Shown in pieces: positions 10,152 to 20,264 of a stretch of 64,000 nucleotides of DNA (the stretch's first letter is position 1; the number at the start of each line of letters is the position of its first letter). The notes beneath the pieces were generated by a model. It was not told where the DNA came from, ran no database searches, and worked only from the letters and a program-made list of their open reading frames with translations. Both the position numbers and the translations under genes were made by a program. The DNA comes from a candidate division WOR-3 bacterium (lineage in GTDB: Bacteria; Hydrothermota; Tepidihabitantia; Tepidihabitantales; Tepidihabitantaceae): assembly GCA_965648905.1 (NCBI GenBank), contig CBFGIT010000004.1, positions 32,001 to 96,000 on the forward strand, in the 5' to 3' direction.

Positions 10152-11411
10152 ATGCCAACGAAGAAGAAGACGGCCAAGAAGGTCGTCAAGAAGACTGTGA
10201 AGAAACCGGTCGGCAGGAAGGTTGCGAAGAAGCTCGCCCCGCCAGCCAAGAAGAAGGCGAGTTTCATGCCCAAGCCGGGAAAGGTCGGCAAAGCCGCCGA
10301 CCTGGCCGGGCCGGGCATCTCGACCTACGAGGCGGTTGACAAGATTCTGCCGGTCGACTACCGGCCCATCCTTGACAACAAGGAGACCCAGCGGGCGCTC
10401 TACGCGGTCAAACGCTATGTCGAGGACGGACTCGCAGAAGAACTGAACCTTCAGATGGTCCAGGTGCCGCTCATCGTTGAGAAAGAAAGCGGCATGAACG
10501 ACAATCTGGACCGAGACGGCTCGCGCACGCCGATTGACTTCCCGTGCGGACTCGGCATCAGCCCGCGGATCAATGCTCAGATCGTGCAGGCCGCGACCAA
10601 GTGGAAGCGGTGGGCGTTGAAGCAGTACGGCTGCAACGTGGGCGAGGGCATCAACACCGACATGCGTGCCGTGCGCAAGGACTACTTCCTGGACCACGAC
10701 CACTCCTCCTACGTGGACCAGTGGGACTGGGAGCGGGTCATCACCGCCCAGGACCGCAACCTTGAGTTCCTGAAGATGATCGTCCGCAAGATCTGGAAGG
10801 TCATCACCGGGGCCGAGGACTTTGTGCAGCAGATGTACCCGCAGCTTCGGGACCCGCGCTACCCGAACCTGCCCAAGGAACTGACCTTCATCCACGCCGA
10901 GGAAATCCTCGAGCGGTACCCGGACCTGCCGCGCAAGCAGCGCGAGACGAGAATCCTGAACGACTACTCGCCCGCGGTGTTCATCATCGGCATCGGCTGG
11001 GTCTTGAAAGACGGCTACCCGCACGAGATGCGGGCCGCAGACTACGACGACTGGGTCACCGACACGTCCAAGGAGACCGGCAAGGACACCCACGGGCTGA
11101 ACGGCGACATCCTGGTCTGGAACCACCTGACCAAGCGCCGCCACGAGCTGTCGTCCATGGGCATCCGGGTGACCAAGGAGACGCTCCGGAAGCAGCTTGA
11201 ACTTTCAGGTCAGCTCGACCGGCTGTCGATGCCTTATCACAAGATGATAATGAACGACGAGATACCGCTGTCGATCGGTGGCGGCATCGGTCAGGGCCGG
11301 CTCCAGATGCTCCTGTTGCGCAAGGCGCACTTCGGCGAGGTGACGGTCACGGTGTGGCCCAAGCAGCTCCACGAAGTCTGCGAGAAGCACAACATCTACG
11401 TGCTGAAATAG
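10152..11411 (+). CDS. asnA: Aspartate--ammonia ligase with Lys-rich N-terminal extension
   Basis: HSSYVDQWDWE, RAADYDDW, GLNGDILVWN, ELSSMGIRV and SIGGGIGQ motifs. Confidence 0.95.
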   Translation: MPTKKKTAKKVVKKTVKKPVGRKVAKKLAPPAKKKASFMPKPGKVGKAADLAGPGISTYEAVDKILPVDYRPILDNKETQRALYAVKRYVEDGLAEELNLQMVQVPLIVEKESGMNDNLDRDGSRTPIDFPCGLGISPRINAQIVQAATKWKRWALKQYGCNVGEGINTDMRAVRKDYFLDHDHSSYVDQWDWERVITAQDRNLEFLKMIVRKIWKVITGAEDFVQQMYPQLRDPRYPNLPKELTFIHAEEILERYPDLPRKQRETRILNDYSPAVFIIGIGWVLKDGYPHEMRAADYDDWVTDTSKETGKDTHGLNGDILVWNHLTKRRHELSSMGIRVTKETLRKQLELSGQLDRLSMPYHKMIMNDEIPLSIGGGIGQGRLQMLLLRKAHFGEVTVTVWPKQLHEVCEKHNIYVLK

Positions 11412-11438
11412 CACGGCGTGGCCCAAGTCTCAACTACG

Positions 11439-11462
11439 AGGGGCGGCGTAAGCCGCCCCTTC
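11439..11462 (+). terminator. GC-rich hairpin between convergent genes (probable terminator)
   Basis: AGGGGCGGC-GTAA-GCCGCCCCT; only a short U tract. Confidence 0.6.
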
Positions 11463-11584
11463 GGTTCTGCCGGCTCCGGGCAGTCTGCCTTGATTGTCAA
11501 CCACGGCAGCGCCGAGACAGGAGGCCATCGGTGCTGCCCGTTCCACAGAGCCGAGATTGGATCAGCCGCAGCGCCGGCCGCGTG

Positions 11585-11950
11585 TTACGGCTGCTCGTCC
11601 GGCTTGTCTTTCTCCGCTTCGCAGATCATTTCTTCTACCCGGTGCTCCTGCGGCTTGTCGATGGCGAGTCTCTGCACCCGCGCGAACTCAGCCTCGACCA
11701 TGGCGCCGAACTCTTCAATCTGCTCCAGGCAGCGCTTGCCCGACTGGTGGGCAAAGCCGCGCAGGCCGGCAAGCAGCGATTCATAGCTCCGGTCCGAGGT
11801 GTAGCGCGTCAGGACGTAGCGGGCCACGTAGCTGCCGCAGTCCGCACACTTGACGTAGACGCAGGTTGCCTGGCCGGTGCGGACGTAGACCAGGTTGACC
11901 ATCCGCGTACCGTGGCACTGGGGGCAGCATTCCGCCTTGGCGCTTTCCAT
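11585..11950 (-). CDS. Hypothetical Zn-ribbon protein
   Basis: CPQC...CADC pairs; GGAGG RBS directly behind the DASS gene. Confidence 0.7.
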   Translation of the reverse strand: MESAKAECCPQCHGTRMVNLVYVRTGQATCVYVKCADCGSYVARYVLTRYTSDRSYESLLAGLRGFAHQSGKRCLEQIEEFGAMVEAEFARVQRLAIDKPQEHRVEEMICEAEKDKPDEQP

Positions 11951-11959
11951 TCTTGCCTC

Positions 11960-13321
11960 CTAGAAATAACCGAGCAGTTTCGCTACCGAGAACACGACCG
12001 CAAGTATTGCCGCGGCCGCACCAGCACAGACCAAGGCGCCCGCGGTCGCCATGGTCCGCACCTTGACCAGACCGGACCCGTAGGCGATGGCATTGGGTGG
12101 GGTGGAGATGGGCAGGACCATCGACACCGACACCGCAATCCCGGCAGCCAGGACCAGCGGTGCTGGATGGCTGGCCAGGCCTGCGACCAGGGGCAGAAGC
12201 ATCGCTGCGGCCGAGGTGTTCGATATGAACGTCGTCACCACCATCGCTGCCAGTATCACGAAGACGGTGAGCAGAACTACGTTCGTGCTGCCAAGACGCA
12301 GGGTCGAAAGCAGCCAGTCAGCCAGGCCGCTCGATTTGATCGCCACACCGAGCGACAGGCCGCCGCCCATCAGAATAAGAATGTCCCAGCCGATCCGACC
12401 AAAGTCATCGGTGTCGAGGAAACCGAACCCGGTGAAGACCAGGGCCGGAATCGTCGCGACGACCGCAGCCGGCAACCGGTGCAGTTCGGCGGTAAGCCAG
12501 AGCAGGACCGTGACGACAAACACCGCGATGACCGCCTTCTGCCGGCGGCTCAGCGGCTCGGACCGGGTCGGCGGCAGCGCCACCGCCGTGACCCGGGGCG
12601 GAAACAGCCGGAGCAGGAGCCACCAGATGAAGAAGAAAAGCAGCGCCGTAACCGGCAGCCCGAAGAGCATCCATTTGCTGAACGATATCCGGATACCCTG
12701 CTCGGCCAGCACCCCGATGGCGATGGCATTAGGCGGGCTGCCGATGGGAGTGGCAATGCCGCCAATATTGGCGGCAAACGGGATGCCGAGAATGAGCGCG
12801 GTACGGAACGGCTCATCGTCCGGCAGACGTCTGATAACGGTCAGGGCCATGCCGATAAGCAGGGCCGTGGCCGCAGTGTTGGACATCCACATCGACAGGA
12901 ACGCGGCCACGAACATCATCCCGAGCAGAACCCGGCGCGGCCGGGTGCCGGTGCGCTCAAGGACGAATCCGGCCAGCATCGTGTCGAGCGCGAACTTGCC
13001 CAGGGTCTCGGCGAGCACAAACCCGCCGAGAAAGAGCATGATCACCCGGTCGAAAAAGGGCGCGATGAACACCCCGGCATCAAGCTTCAGCGGCCCGGAA
13101 AGCAGCAGGACCTCAAGGAAGACGACGAGAAAAGAGGTGGAATAGAGCGGAACCGCCTCAGTCACCCAGAGATAGCCGGCAACCGTAACGATGCCCAGGC
13201 AGCGCCGGGCCAGCTCAGGCATACTGGGGAAAGGCGCAAGGTACGCCAGCACCCCGAGCACAAAGGCAGCCGCAAGATGGACGAGCTGGCGTCGGGACGG
13301 GTCAGGGGCAGCGGGTGGCAT
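11960..13321 (-). CDS. DASS/SLC13 family sodium:anion symporter
   Basis: MWMSNTAAT, ATPIGSPPNAIA and STPPNAIAY motifs; start 13321 (or 13342). Confidence 0.92.
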   Translation of the reverse strand: MPPAAPDPSRRQLVHLAAAFVLGVLAYLAPFPSMPELARRCLGIVTVAGYLWVTEAVPLYSTSFLVVFLEVLLLSGPLKLDAGVFIAPFFDRVIMLFLGGFVLAETLGKFALDTMLAGFVLERTGTRPRRVLLGMMFVAAFLSMWMSNTAATALLIGMALTVIRRLPDDEPFRTALILGIPFAANIGGIATPIGSPPNAIAIGVLAEQGIRISFSKWMLFGLPVTALLFFFIWWLLLRLFPPRVTAVALPPTRSEPLSRRQKAVIAVFVVTVLLWLTAELHRLPAAVVATIPALVFTGFGFLDTDDFGRIGWDILILMGGGLSLGVAIKSSGLADWLLSTLRLGSTNVVLLTVFVILAAMVVTTFISNTSAAAMLLPLVAGLASHPAPLVLAAGIAVSVSMVLPISTPPNAIAYGSGLVKVRTMATAGALVCAGAAAAILAVVFSVAKLLGYF

Positions 13322-15020
13322 GGCGTCTTTCGAGGCCAGCATACCACGGTGCCCGCCTGATTGTCAAGCTCAGCGAATCTACTCGCTCACACCGAGTACC
13401 CTTGTCTGTCGTCTCCGACGAGCCAATGTCCGGTATGCCTCGCATCATCCTCGCATCAGGACCAGCCGGGCGCGTTGCACCGGTGCTGCCGACCCGCCAG
13501 CCGGTGTGTTTGATGTGCCCGCCGGTCAGCGTGATGACAGCGGTCGGCTGGTCCCGAGTCGGAATCAGACCCGGTGCCCAGTAGCCGAGTACGCCGGAGA
13601 ACCTGCCCGAAATCAGGTCGCTGCTCCACCGGCTGATTTCGATACTGCCGCCGGTGCCGACATAACCCTTGATCGCAGAGTACACACGGGATTCAGGGTC
13701 GTCAACAAAGAAGACGGCAGCATCGTCGCAGACCTGAAGGTCATAGCTGCCGGGCGCACCGGGGCACATGACCGTTATCTGACCCACCGGCTCAGAGTCT
13801 CCCTCGGGAACCACCGCGCCCTGCAGATTCGTCTGCCCGCCCGACGTCGCCACGACCGCGCCAGCCCGGTGGAGCCGGCCGTCACGTCGCGCGTCAAGCA
13901 CATGCCTGAGCATCGCCAGCGTGTCGCCGCTGATTCGAAAACTGGCATTCCGGCCGAATATCGGGTCAGGGTCGGTAACGGCACCAAGTTGTGCCAGCGC
14001 TTCAAGCGGCAGACAGGTGTCCGCCATTGCCCCGATGAAAGTAGTGTCAAGGTCGCAGGTGAACGCGTCGTTCACGGCCCAGTCAAAGCCGCAGTAAAGG
14101 TCAGCACCTGCGTCCCGGAAAGCCTGCTCCAGCTCGGGGTTGGTCACATAGGCACTGAAGCAGGTCGAAACGTAGACTATGGTCTTCCAGTAGGGCTCGG
14201 AGTTCTCGAACCGACCGTAGGCACGGACGAATGCCGGTAGTATGACCGGATAGAATCGGCGATTGTGCGCGACGAACGCCAGCCGCGGGCCGCTCTGCCC
14301 GGCCTGGACATCGCCCCGGAAATCGCTGGCTACTGCAGCAGCCAGCTCGCGCTGGGAGTAGCCCTTGCCGGTCAACAGCGCGGCGCAGGGCGGCGCGCCG
14401 GGGTAAGGAGAGACGAGACAGCCGTGACCGGTCCAGAACAGGAGTGAGCGCGCGTCCTGCAACAGCGCCTTCACACGCGTCACCGTCACCTCATTGTTCT
14501 GATGGACCTTTACCTTCTGCAGAACATGGCAGCTCCGGCACATGCGCAGCACGGCCTCGGCTTCACGGGCGGTACCGGGAAGCTCTTCGGCAAACGGGAC
14601 GAGAATCTCGGGGCTGGGGCCAACCACGCCGCCTTCAGGCGCGGCTGATGCCGTCCACGCGCCCCGGGAGGGCGGTTGAGGTGTGCCTGTGCCGCCCCCA
14701 AACGTCCGCTCGCATACTCCCGCCACCAACCCGTTGGCGAAGTAGGCCCAGACAGTGCTGTCTGGTGCGACGATGACCGTGTCCACTCCAGCCAAGCCCT
14801 GCAGGCTGACCTGTGCTTCCCTGGCCGCCGTGGATATGTCTCCAGTCGACAGTCGCGACAGATAGGTTTCCTCGGCAGTCTGCAACGCGGCAAGATTCTG
14901 TTCAACGATCCGTTCGTCGAGCGCCTGCCAGTCTACCGTTCGGTGACAGCAGGCCGCCAATGCAGCAACGAGAGCCAGCGACATTCCCCGACAGGTCTTA
15001 AGACATGACTGTCCCATCAC
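13302..15020 (-). CDS. Hypothetical lipoprotein
   Basis: Long ORF with lipobox-like LVAALAAC; no recognised family. Confidence 0.6.
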   Translation of the reverse strand: MMGQSCLKTCRGMSLALVAALAACCHRTVDWQALDERIVEQNLAALQTAEETYLSRLSTGDISTAAREAQVSLQGLAGVDTVIVAPDSTVWAYFANGLVAGVCERTFGGGTGTPQPPSRGAWTASAAPEGGVVGPSPEILVPFAEELPGTAREAEAVLRMCRSCHVLQKVKVHQNNEVTVTRVKALLQDARSLLFWTGHGCLVSPYPGAPPCAALLTGKGYSQRELAAAVASDFRGDVQAGQSGPRLAFVAHNRRFYPVILPAFVRAYGRFENSEPYWKTIVYVSTCFSAYVTNPELEQAFRDAGADLYCGFDWAVNDAFTCDLDTTFIGAMADTCLPLEALAQLGAVTDPDPIFGRNASFRISGDTLAMLRHVLDARRDGRLHRAGAVVATSGGQTNLQGAVVPEGDSEPVGQITVMCPGAPGSYDLQVCDDAAVFFVDDPESRVYSAIKGYVGTGGSIEISRWSSDLISGRFSGVLGYWAPGLIPTRDQPTAVITLTGGHIKHTGWRVGSTGATRPAGPDARMMRGIPDIGSSETTDKGTRCERVDSLSLTIRRAPWYAGLERRHATRCP

Positions 15021-15023
15021 AGG

Positions 15024-15266
15024 TCACCTCGCTTGACCGGTTCCTGCTGACCGGCCTTGGTGTTGGACCGCTGCGTTCAGCGCGGCCAGCACCTCTGCCG
15101 GATTTCGGCCGTGTCTCTCGCACAACTCTCCGACCGTGCCCCAAACCGGCTCGCCGCAGGCGAAGCAGGGAAGACCCAGTCGAACGAAGACGCCGGCTAG
15201 ACTCGGATAACGGTCGAGCAGATCCTCGATTGTGGTATTCCGGTCGATTACTGCAGGACTCTTCAT
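15024..15266 (-). CDS. DUF1858-like small CxxC protein
   Basis: IDRNTTIEDLLDRYP...GLPCFACGE...TVGELCERHG pattern. Confidence 0.75.
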   Translation of the reverse strand: MKSPAVIDRNTTIEDLLDRYPSLAGVFVRLGLPCFACGEPVWGTVGELCERHGRNPAEVLAALNAAVQHQGRSAGTGQAR

Positions 15267-15412
15267 GGGTTTCAGGATAGTGTCGCCGTCCGGTCTGTCA
15301 ACAGTCCGAAGGTGCGCCTTGGTAAGCAGGGGCATCGTAGCCAGCACCGGCCGACGTTCACAATGCTGCTCGAACTTCCCGCGTCCCCGAATCCTGCTAT
15401 ACTCAACGTGCA

Positions 15413-18187
15413 GTGAAGCGGACAGCTCCAGTGGCACAGGCAGTCGGCGATACCGCTATCCGTCCCTGGTCCCTCACTGCCGAGGAAATCCTGAGTACGT
15501 ACGGCGGCAGCCGCGAGGGGCTGTCCACGGCGCAGGCTGAGAAACTACTGCTCAGGTATGGCCGGAACACGCTGCGGGCCCGGGACCAGAAGACCTGGTA
15601 TGAACTCCTTGCCCACCAGTTCGCGAATCCGATGGTCTACCTGTTGATTGGCGCGGCCGTTGTTAAAGCCTGCTTCAAGGGCCTGCTCGACGCGGCAGTC
15701 ATCGGAGCCGTGCTCGTGTTCATGGCCCTCATCGGTTTGGCCCAGGAACTGAAGGCGCAGCGGGCCATGGCCGCCTTGCTCAAGCTGAGTGCGCCCAAAG
15801 CAAAGGTGCGGCGTGACGGCCGAACCATGCTGTTGGATGCGGCGGAAGTTGTGCCCGGCGATCTGCTGGTGGTCGAGGCAGGGGACCGCGTCGCGGCCGA
15901 CTGTCGGCTGCTTGAGGCTGCCAGCCTCAAAGCCAACGAGTCAACCTTCACGGGCGAATCCCTTCCGGCCGAGAAGACCCTGACTCCGGTTTCCGGCGAC
16001 GCTCCGCTCCACGACCGGACCAACATGCTGTTCATGGGTACCACCATTATTCACGGGCGCGGGCTGGCGTTGGTTACCTCCACCGGAATGCAGACCGAAA
16101 TCGGCCGGATTGCCGAGGCCGTAGCCAGCGCCAGAAAAGACCGGACGCCGCTGCAGCAGAGCATTGACCGGCTTGCGCGTTCGCTCATCTGGATAGTCAT
16201 CGGTGCGTGTCTCGTGCTGGTCGCGGTCGGTGTGCTGCGGGGCATGGCCTGGGTCGAGGTGCTGCTCTTGACCGTTGCCGCCGCCGTGTCGGCCATCCCT
16301 GAGGGACTTCCCGCTGCAGTCACGGTAATCCTTGCCGTCAGTGTCAGCCGCATGGCGGCACGTAACGTCATCATCCGCAAGCTAACCGCAGTTGAGGCGC
16401 TCGGGACTGCGACCGTCATCTGCTCGGACAAGACCGGCACACTGACGCTGAACCAGATGACCGTCCGGAGCCTGTGGCTCGGTGGTCGGCCGTTGACCGT
16501 AACCGGCAGCGGCTACGCGCCTGAGGGCGCGTTCCATCTCGACGGAAACCCGGTCAGGCCCGATTCTGACCCGGCGCTGCTGCGGCTACTGCGCGCCGCC
16601 GTGCTCTGCAATGACGCGCTGCTCAACCGCGCGGGGTCGGATTGGGAAGTGCTCGGCGACCCGACCGAAGGCGCGCTGCTTGCGGTCGGGGCCAAGGCCG
16701 GATTCCACAAGGCCGCGCTCGAGCTGGAGCAGCCCCGGCTCGACGAGATTCCGTTTCAGAGCGAGCAGCAGTTCATGGCAACCCTCCACCCGGAAGACGA
16801 ACTGCGGACCGTCTACGTCAAAGGCTCGGTTGAGAAGCTGCTCGCGCTGTGCGGGCGTATTGACACCGGCAGCCGCGAGCAGCCGCTCGATGACGAGATG
16901 CGCCGCGCGGTCCTCGATGCGAATCAGGCGATGGCCGGCGCGGCGTTGCGCGTGCTGGCGGTTGCTGCCGCGTCCTACCCGGTCAGTCTCGGCAGACTGA
17001 ACCCGGACCGCTTTGCCGGCCGACTGGTCCTGCGCGGGCTTATCGGCATGTTTGACCCGCCGCGCGAGGAGGCCTGCCGGGCGATTCAGCGTTGTCAGCA
17101 GGCCGGCATTCGCGTGGCGATGATAACCGGCGATAACCCGATCACCGCCTCGGCCGTTGCCGCACAACTTGGTATTGGCCGACCGGGTGAGCCGGCGCTG
17201 GTCGGCCGGGAGATTGAAGCGCTGTCGGACGACGAGCTGCGAACTGCCTGCCGCGACGGCAACGTCTTCGCCCGGATCGAACCCCTGCACAAGCTCAGAA
17301 TCGTCAATGCCTTCAAAGCGAACGGACACGTTGTCGCGATGACCGGGGACGGAGTGAACGATGCTCCGGCGCTCGAGGCCGCGGGCATTGGTGTCGCAAT
17401 GGGCATCACCGGCACCGACGTTGCCAAAGAAGCGGCGGACATGGTGCTGGCCGACGACAACTTTGCTTCCATCGTCGCCGCGGTTGAAGAAGGGCGGGCG
17501 ATTTTCAACCGCTTGCGCAATGTTGTCTTCTTCTTGCTGATGACCTGCACGGCCGAGTTGATGACCATCCTGTTGAGCGTCGCAGTATACGGTGCATCGC
17601 CGCTTGAGCCGATTCATGTCCTCTGGATAAACTTAGTGACCGGCAGTCTTGCCGCGATTCCGCTGGGGCTGGAGCCGGCAACCGGCCGGGAACTGGCTCA
17701 GCCACCCCGAGACCCTAAGGTGGGTCTGATTTACCCGGGCATGCTCCTGCGGATGCTCGTGTTCGGAGTTTCGATGTCAATTCTGGTCACGCTCGTGTTC
17801 CACCATGCGCCGCTCCCGCCGGCCGCTGATGCCTTGACTGCTCATACGGTCCGCCAGACGATCGCCTTCACCGCCATCGTCCTCGCGGAATGGTTCTTCG
17901 TCTTCCATGCCCGCTCGCCGGAGCAGAACATCTGGGAAGTCGGCGTGCTGCGCAACCGCTGGCTGATGCTCGCGATGCTGGTCGGGCTCGGCCTGCAGTC
18001 GATGGTTATCTACCTGCGGCCCGTGACCGGGTTCTTTCATACCCGACCGCTGACGCCGGTTGAACTGGTCTGGGCATTTCTGCCCGGTCTGGTACTGGTG
18101 ATGCTTGAGACGGCCCGAAAACTGCTGGCCCCACGCCTTTTCGCCGTTGGCCAGTGGCAGCGGCTCCGCCCGCCCAGACCTGCCTAG
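15413..18187 (+). CDS. P-type (P2A-like) cation-transporting ATPase
   Basis: TGES, PEGL, DKTGTLT and GDGVNDAPAL motifs. Confidence 0.95.
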   Translation: MKRTAPVAQAVGDTAIRPWSLTAEEILSTYGGSREGLSTAQAEKLLLRYGRNTLRARDQKTWYELLAHQFANPMVYLLIGAAVVKACFKGLLDAAVIGAVLVFMALIGLAQELKAQRAMAALLKLSAPKAKVRRDGRTMLLDAAEVVPGDLLVVEAGDRVAADCRLLEAASLKANESTFTGESLPAEKTLTPVSGDAPLHDRTNMLFMGTTIIHGRGLALVTSTGMQTEIGRIAEAVASARKDRTPLQQSIDRLARSLIWIVIGACLVLVAVGVLRGMAWVEVLLLTVAAAVSAIPEGLPAAVTVILAVSVSRMAARNVIIRKLTAVEALGTATVICSDKTGTLTLNQMTVRSLWLGGRPLTVTGSGYAPEGAFHLDGNPVRPDSDPALLRLLRAAVLCNDALLNRAGSDWEVLGDPTEGALLAVGAKAGFHKAALELEQPRLDEIPFQSEQQFMATLHPEDELRTVYVKGSVEKLLALCGRIDTGSREQPLDDEMRRAVLDANQAMAGAALRVLAVAAASYPVSLGRLNPDRFAGRLVLRGLIGMFDPPREEACRAIQRCQQAGIRVAMITGDNPITASAVAAQLGIGRPGEPALVGREIEALSDDELRTACRDGNVFARIEPLHKLRIVNAFKANGHVVAMTGDGVNDAPALEAAGIGVAMGITGTDVAKEAADMVLADDNFASIVAAVEEGRAIFNRLRNVVFFLLMTCTAELMTILLSVAVYGASPLEPIHVLWINLVTGSLAAIPLGLEPATGRELAQPPRDPKVGLIYPGMLLRMLVFGVSMSILVTLVFHHAPLPPAADALTAHTVRQTIAFTAIVLAEWFFVFHARSPEQNIWEVGVLRNRWLMLAMLVGLGLQSMVIYLRPVTGFFHTRPLTPVELVWAFLPGLVLVMLETARKLLAPRLFAVGQWQRLRPPRPA

Positions 18188-18657
18188 TTCCGATTCAACG
18201 AACCACATGGAAGTCGCTTGAATAAGCGACAAGTCGACGCCGGCCAAGCCGAACCTGAGTCGCTGACAGGCAATCTGGCGTCGGATATGACGGACGACGA
18301 GGCCTGCGCTCCCCCTGCGGTTTAGGTTGCGGCTTCGGGTGTCGCTGTTCCTGGCGCTTGGAGCGCGACGGTGGCTGCCGCTGTGCCGAGCGTCGAGGAT
18401 GACGCCGCGTCAGTCGCGAGGAGTTCGGTTATTGGGTCAATGAGGAAATACACGGGACGGAGCGCGAGCGAGGACGCAAGACGGGCGGTGGTTGACATGG
18501 CCCGGGTTTCCGCCAGCGGTTGCCGGGCCGGTCGTCACGCGCATAGCCGGTGGGAAAGCCGGTTCAGGTGTGACTCGTCAGGAAAGGCGCAAGGCTTGGC
18601 TGGCGAGCGCGTGCGGTCGGAACGTATCTCATCAGGCAATCGAGGCAACGCGCTTGG

Positions 18658-18685
18658 TTGACATCGATGGACAGAGGTATACAAT
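18658..18685 (+). promoter_or_regulatory. Sigma70-type promoter for the surface-protein array
   Basis: TTGACA-N16-TACAAT. Confidence 0.65.
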
Positions 18686-18980
18686 AACCTGCTGGAAGGG
18701 TCTGCCCAGCAGCAGGGCGGCTTGAGAGACGCTGCCTGCTGCGCGGCGGCCCGGGCACGGCCTTCCTGCAGGAGAACCTGCAGGGAGAAAAGACGCAGCA
18801 ACAGGTGGCCGTACGCGTCTGGAGGACGCTCCGGACCTACCCGATTCACCGAGCAGGAGGCTGTGATGAGACTCTCTTCCGCGGTCCTCGCGTGCCGGGC
18901 CAGAACCGGCCCGGAAACACAGATGCCACTTCCGGTCGAGGCAGTAGACTGCCAGGATTGCCAGATTACCGGGGGGTTGG

Positions 18981-20264
18981 ATGCAACGTTCTGTTGAACT
19001 CCTGACTACAATCGCAGCATTGCTCCTGCTTTCCGGCTGCGGCAAAGCTCCGGAGGCACCGACCATCACCGGCCCGGATTCGTGCTGGGCCAACGTGCCG
19101 GTGACTTTCCGCGCCCAGAGCACGAGCCAGGGCAGCAAGAGAGTGGCCTACCGTTTTGGCTGGGGCGACGGTTCACGGCAGAAGTGGACCGACCACGTGC
19201 CCGGAACACAGCAGATGTCTGCAACCCACACTTATGCTGATGCCGGTCTTTACGGTGTGACCGTGCAAGCAATGGACGAGAACGGCCGGGAGTCCGAGTG
19301 GTCAGCGCCGCACCCGTTGCTGGTGAAGTACCGCGGGGTCGGCCGCCCGAACGCGCCGGTCGGCCCGGACTCTGGATACCGGAACACAGAATATGAGTTC
19401 GCGACCGCGGCCGAGGACCCGACCGGTCGCAAGGTGAGAATCCGATTTGACTGGGGCGACGGCAGCATCTCGGGCTGGGGCGACTCGGTGGCAAGCGGCG
19501 CCACGGCAACCGCGACGCACGCTTTCTCCGACACCGGGACATACATGATTCGCGCCCAAGCCAAGACGACCGAAGGTGACACAAGCCCATGGTCCCATGC
19601 GCGCTCGATTGCCATTGCTCCGGGCTGGGAGACGATCATGTTTGAGGGGTTTGAGGGCAGTTTCCCGGGCACACGCTGGATGCTCATCGGCAGCCCGACA
19701 TGGGGCCCGGAAGACTACCGGAAGTATGAAGGGCGCAAGAGCGGCTGGTGTGCCGGCTCGAGCCGGAGCGCGCCGGGCTACTCCAAAGACATGTACGCGG
19801 CAATGGTCTATGGGCCGTTCTCACTTGAGCGGGCCGACTCGGCTGTGGTCTTGTTCCGAAGCTGGGTCGATACCGAAACGGGGTACGACTGGTTCGCCTG
19901 GCTGGCCTCAGCCGACGGTACGAACTGGGACGGGTACGAGGTGTCGGGAAACTTCCCGTACTGGGAACTTGACACATTCGACCTGTCCGCTGTTGCCGGA
20001 ATCGGCAGCCTGGTCGGCGAGCCCAGGGTCTGGATTGCATTTCTGTTCTACAGCGACAACTCGGTTCAGTACGACGGGGTCTATCTGGACAGCGTCGCCT
20101 TGATGAGTTTCAGCGGGTTCGGCGCGACCAAATCCGGTCAAGCAGGCAGGACTTCGCTGCCGACACCTGCAGTGCGGCCCCAGCGCGCACGCGTCCGACC
20201 GATTCATATCAGGCTCGCCGCAGACGATAGGAGTCAGCTCAAGCTCGAAAGGAGGGAGCCGTGA
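18981..20264 (+). CDS. PKD-domain lipoprotein
   Basis: Lipobox LLLSGC; two FDWGDG PKD-like repeats; C-terminal jelly-roll-like domain. Confidence 0.8.
   Translation: MQRSVELLTTIAALLLLSGCGKAPEAPTITGPDSCWANVPVTFRAQSTSQGSKRVAYRFGWGDGSRQKWTDHVPGTQQMSATHTYADAGLYGVTVQAMDENGRESEWSAPHPLLVKYRGVGRPNAPVGPDSGYRNTEYEFATAAEDPTGRKVRIRFDWGDGSISGWGDSVASGATATATHAFSDTGTYMIRAQAKTTEGDTSPWSHARSIAIAPGWETIMFEGFEGSFPGTRWMLIGSPTWGPEDYRKYEGRKSGWCAGSSRSAPGYSKDMYAAMVYGPFSLERADSAVVLFRSWVDTETGYDWFAWLASADGTNWDGYEVSGNFPYWELDTFDLSAVAGIGSLVGEPRVWIAFLFYSDNSVQYDGVYLDSVALMSFSGFGATKSGQAGRTSLPTPAVRPQRARVRPIHIRLAADDRSQLKLERREP

Noticed and set aside
11354..13360. 668-aa plus-strand ORF and other long antisense ORFs (43356-44930, 47963-49600, 60118-61488)
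   Set aside because: Shadow frames of well-supported opposite-strand genes in high-GC DNA; no motifs
18740..18845. c-di-GMP-I riboswitch
   Set aside because: Only a loose GGCA...GACGCA resemblance; GNRA loop and receptor not identifiable
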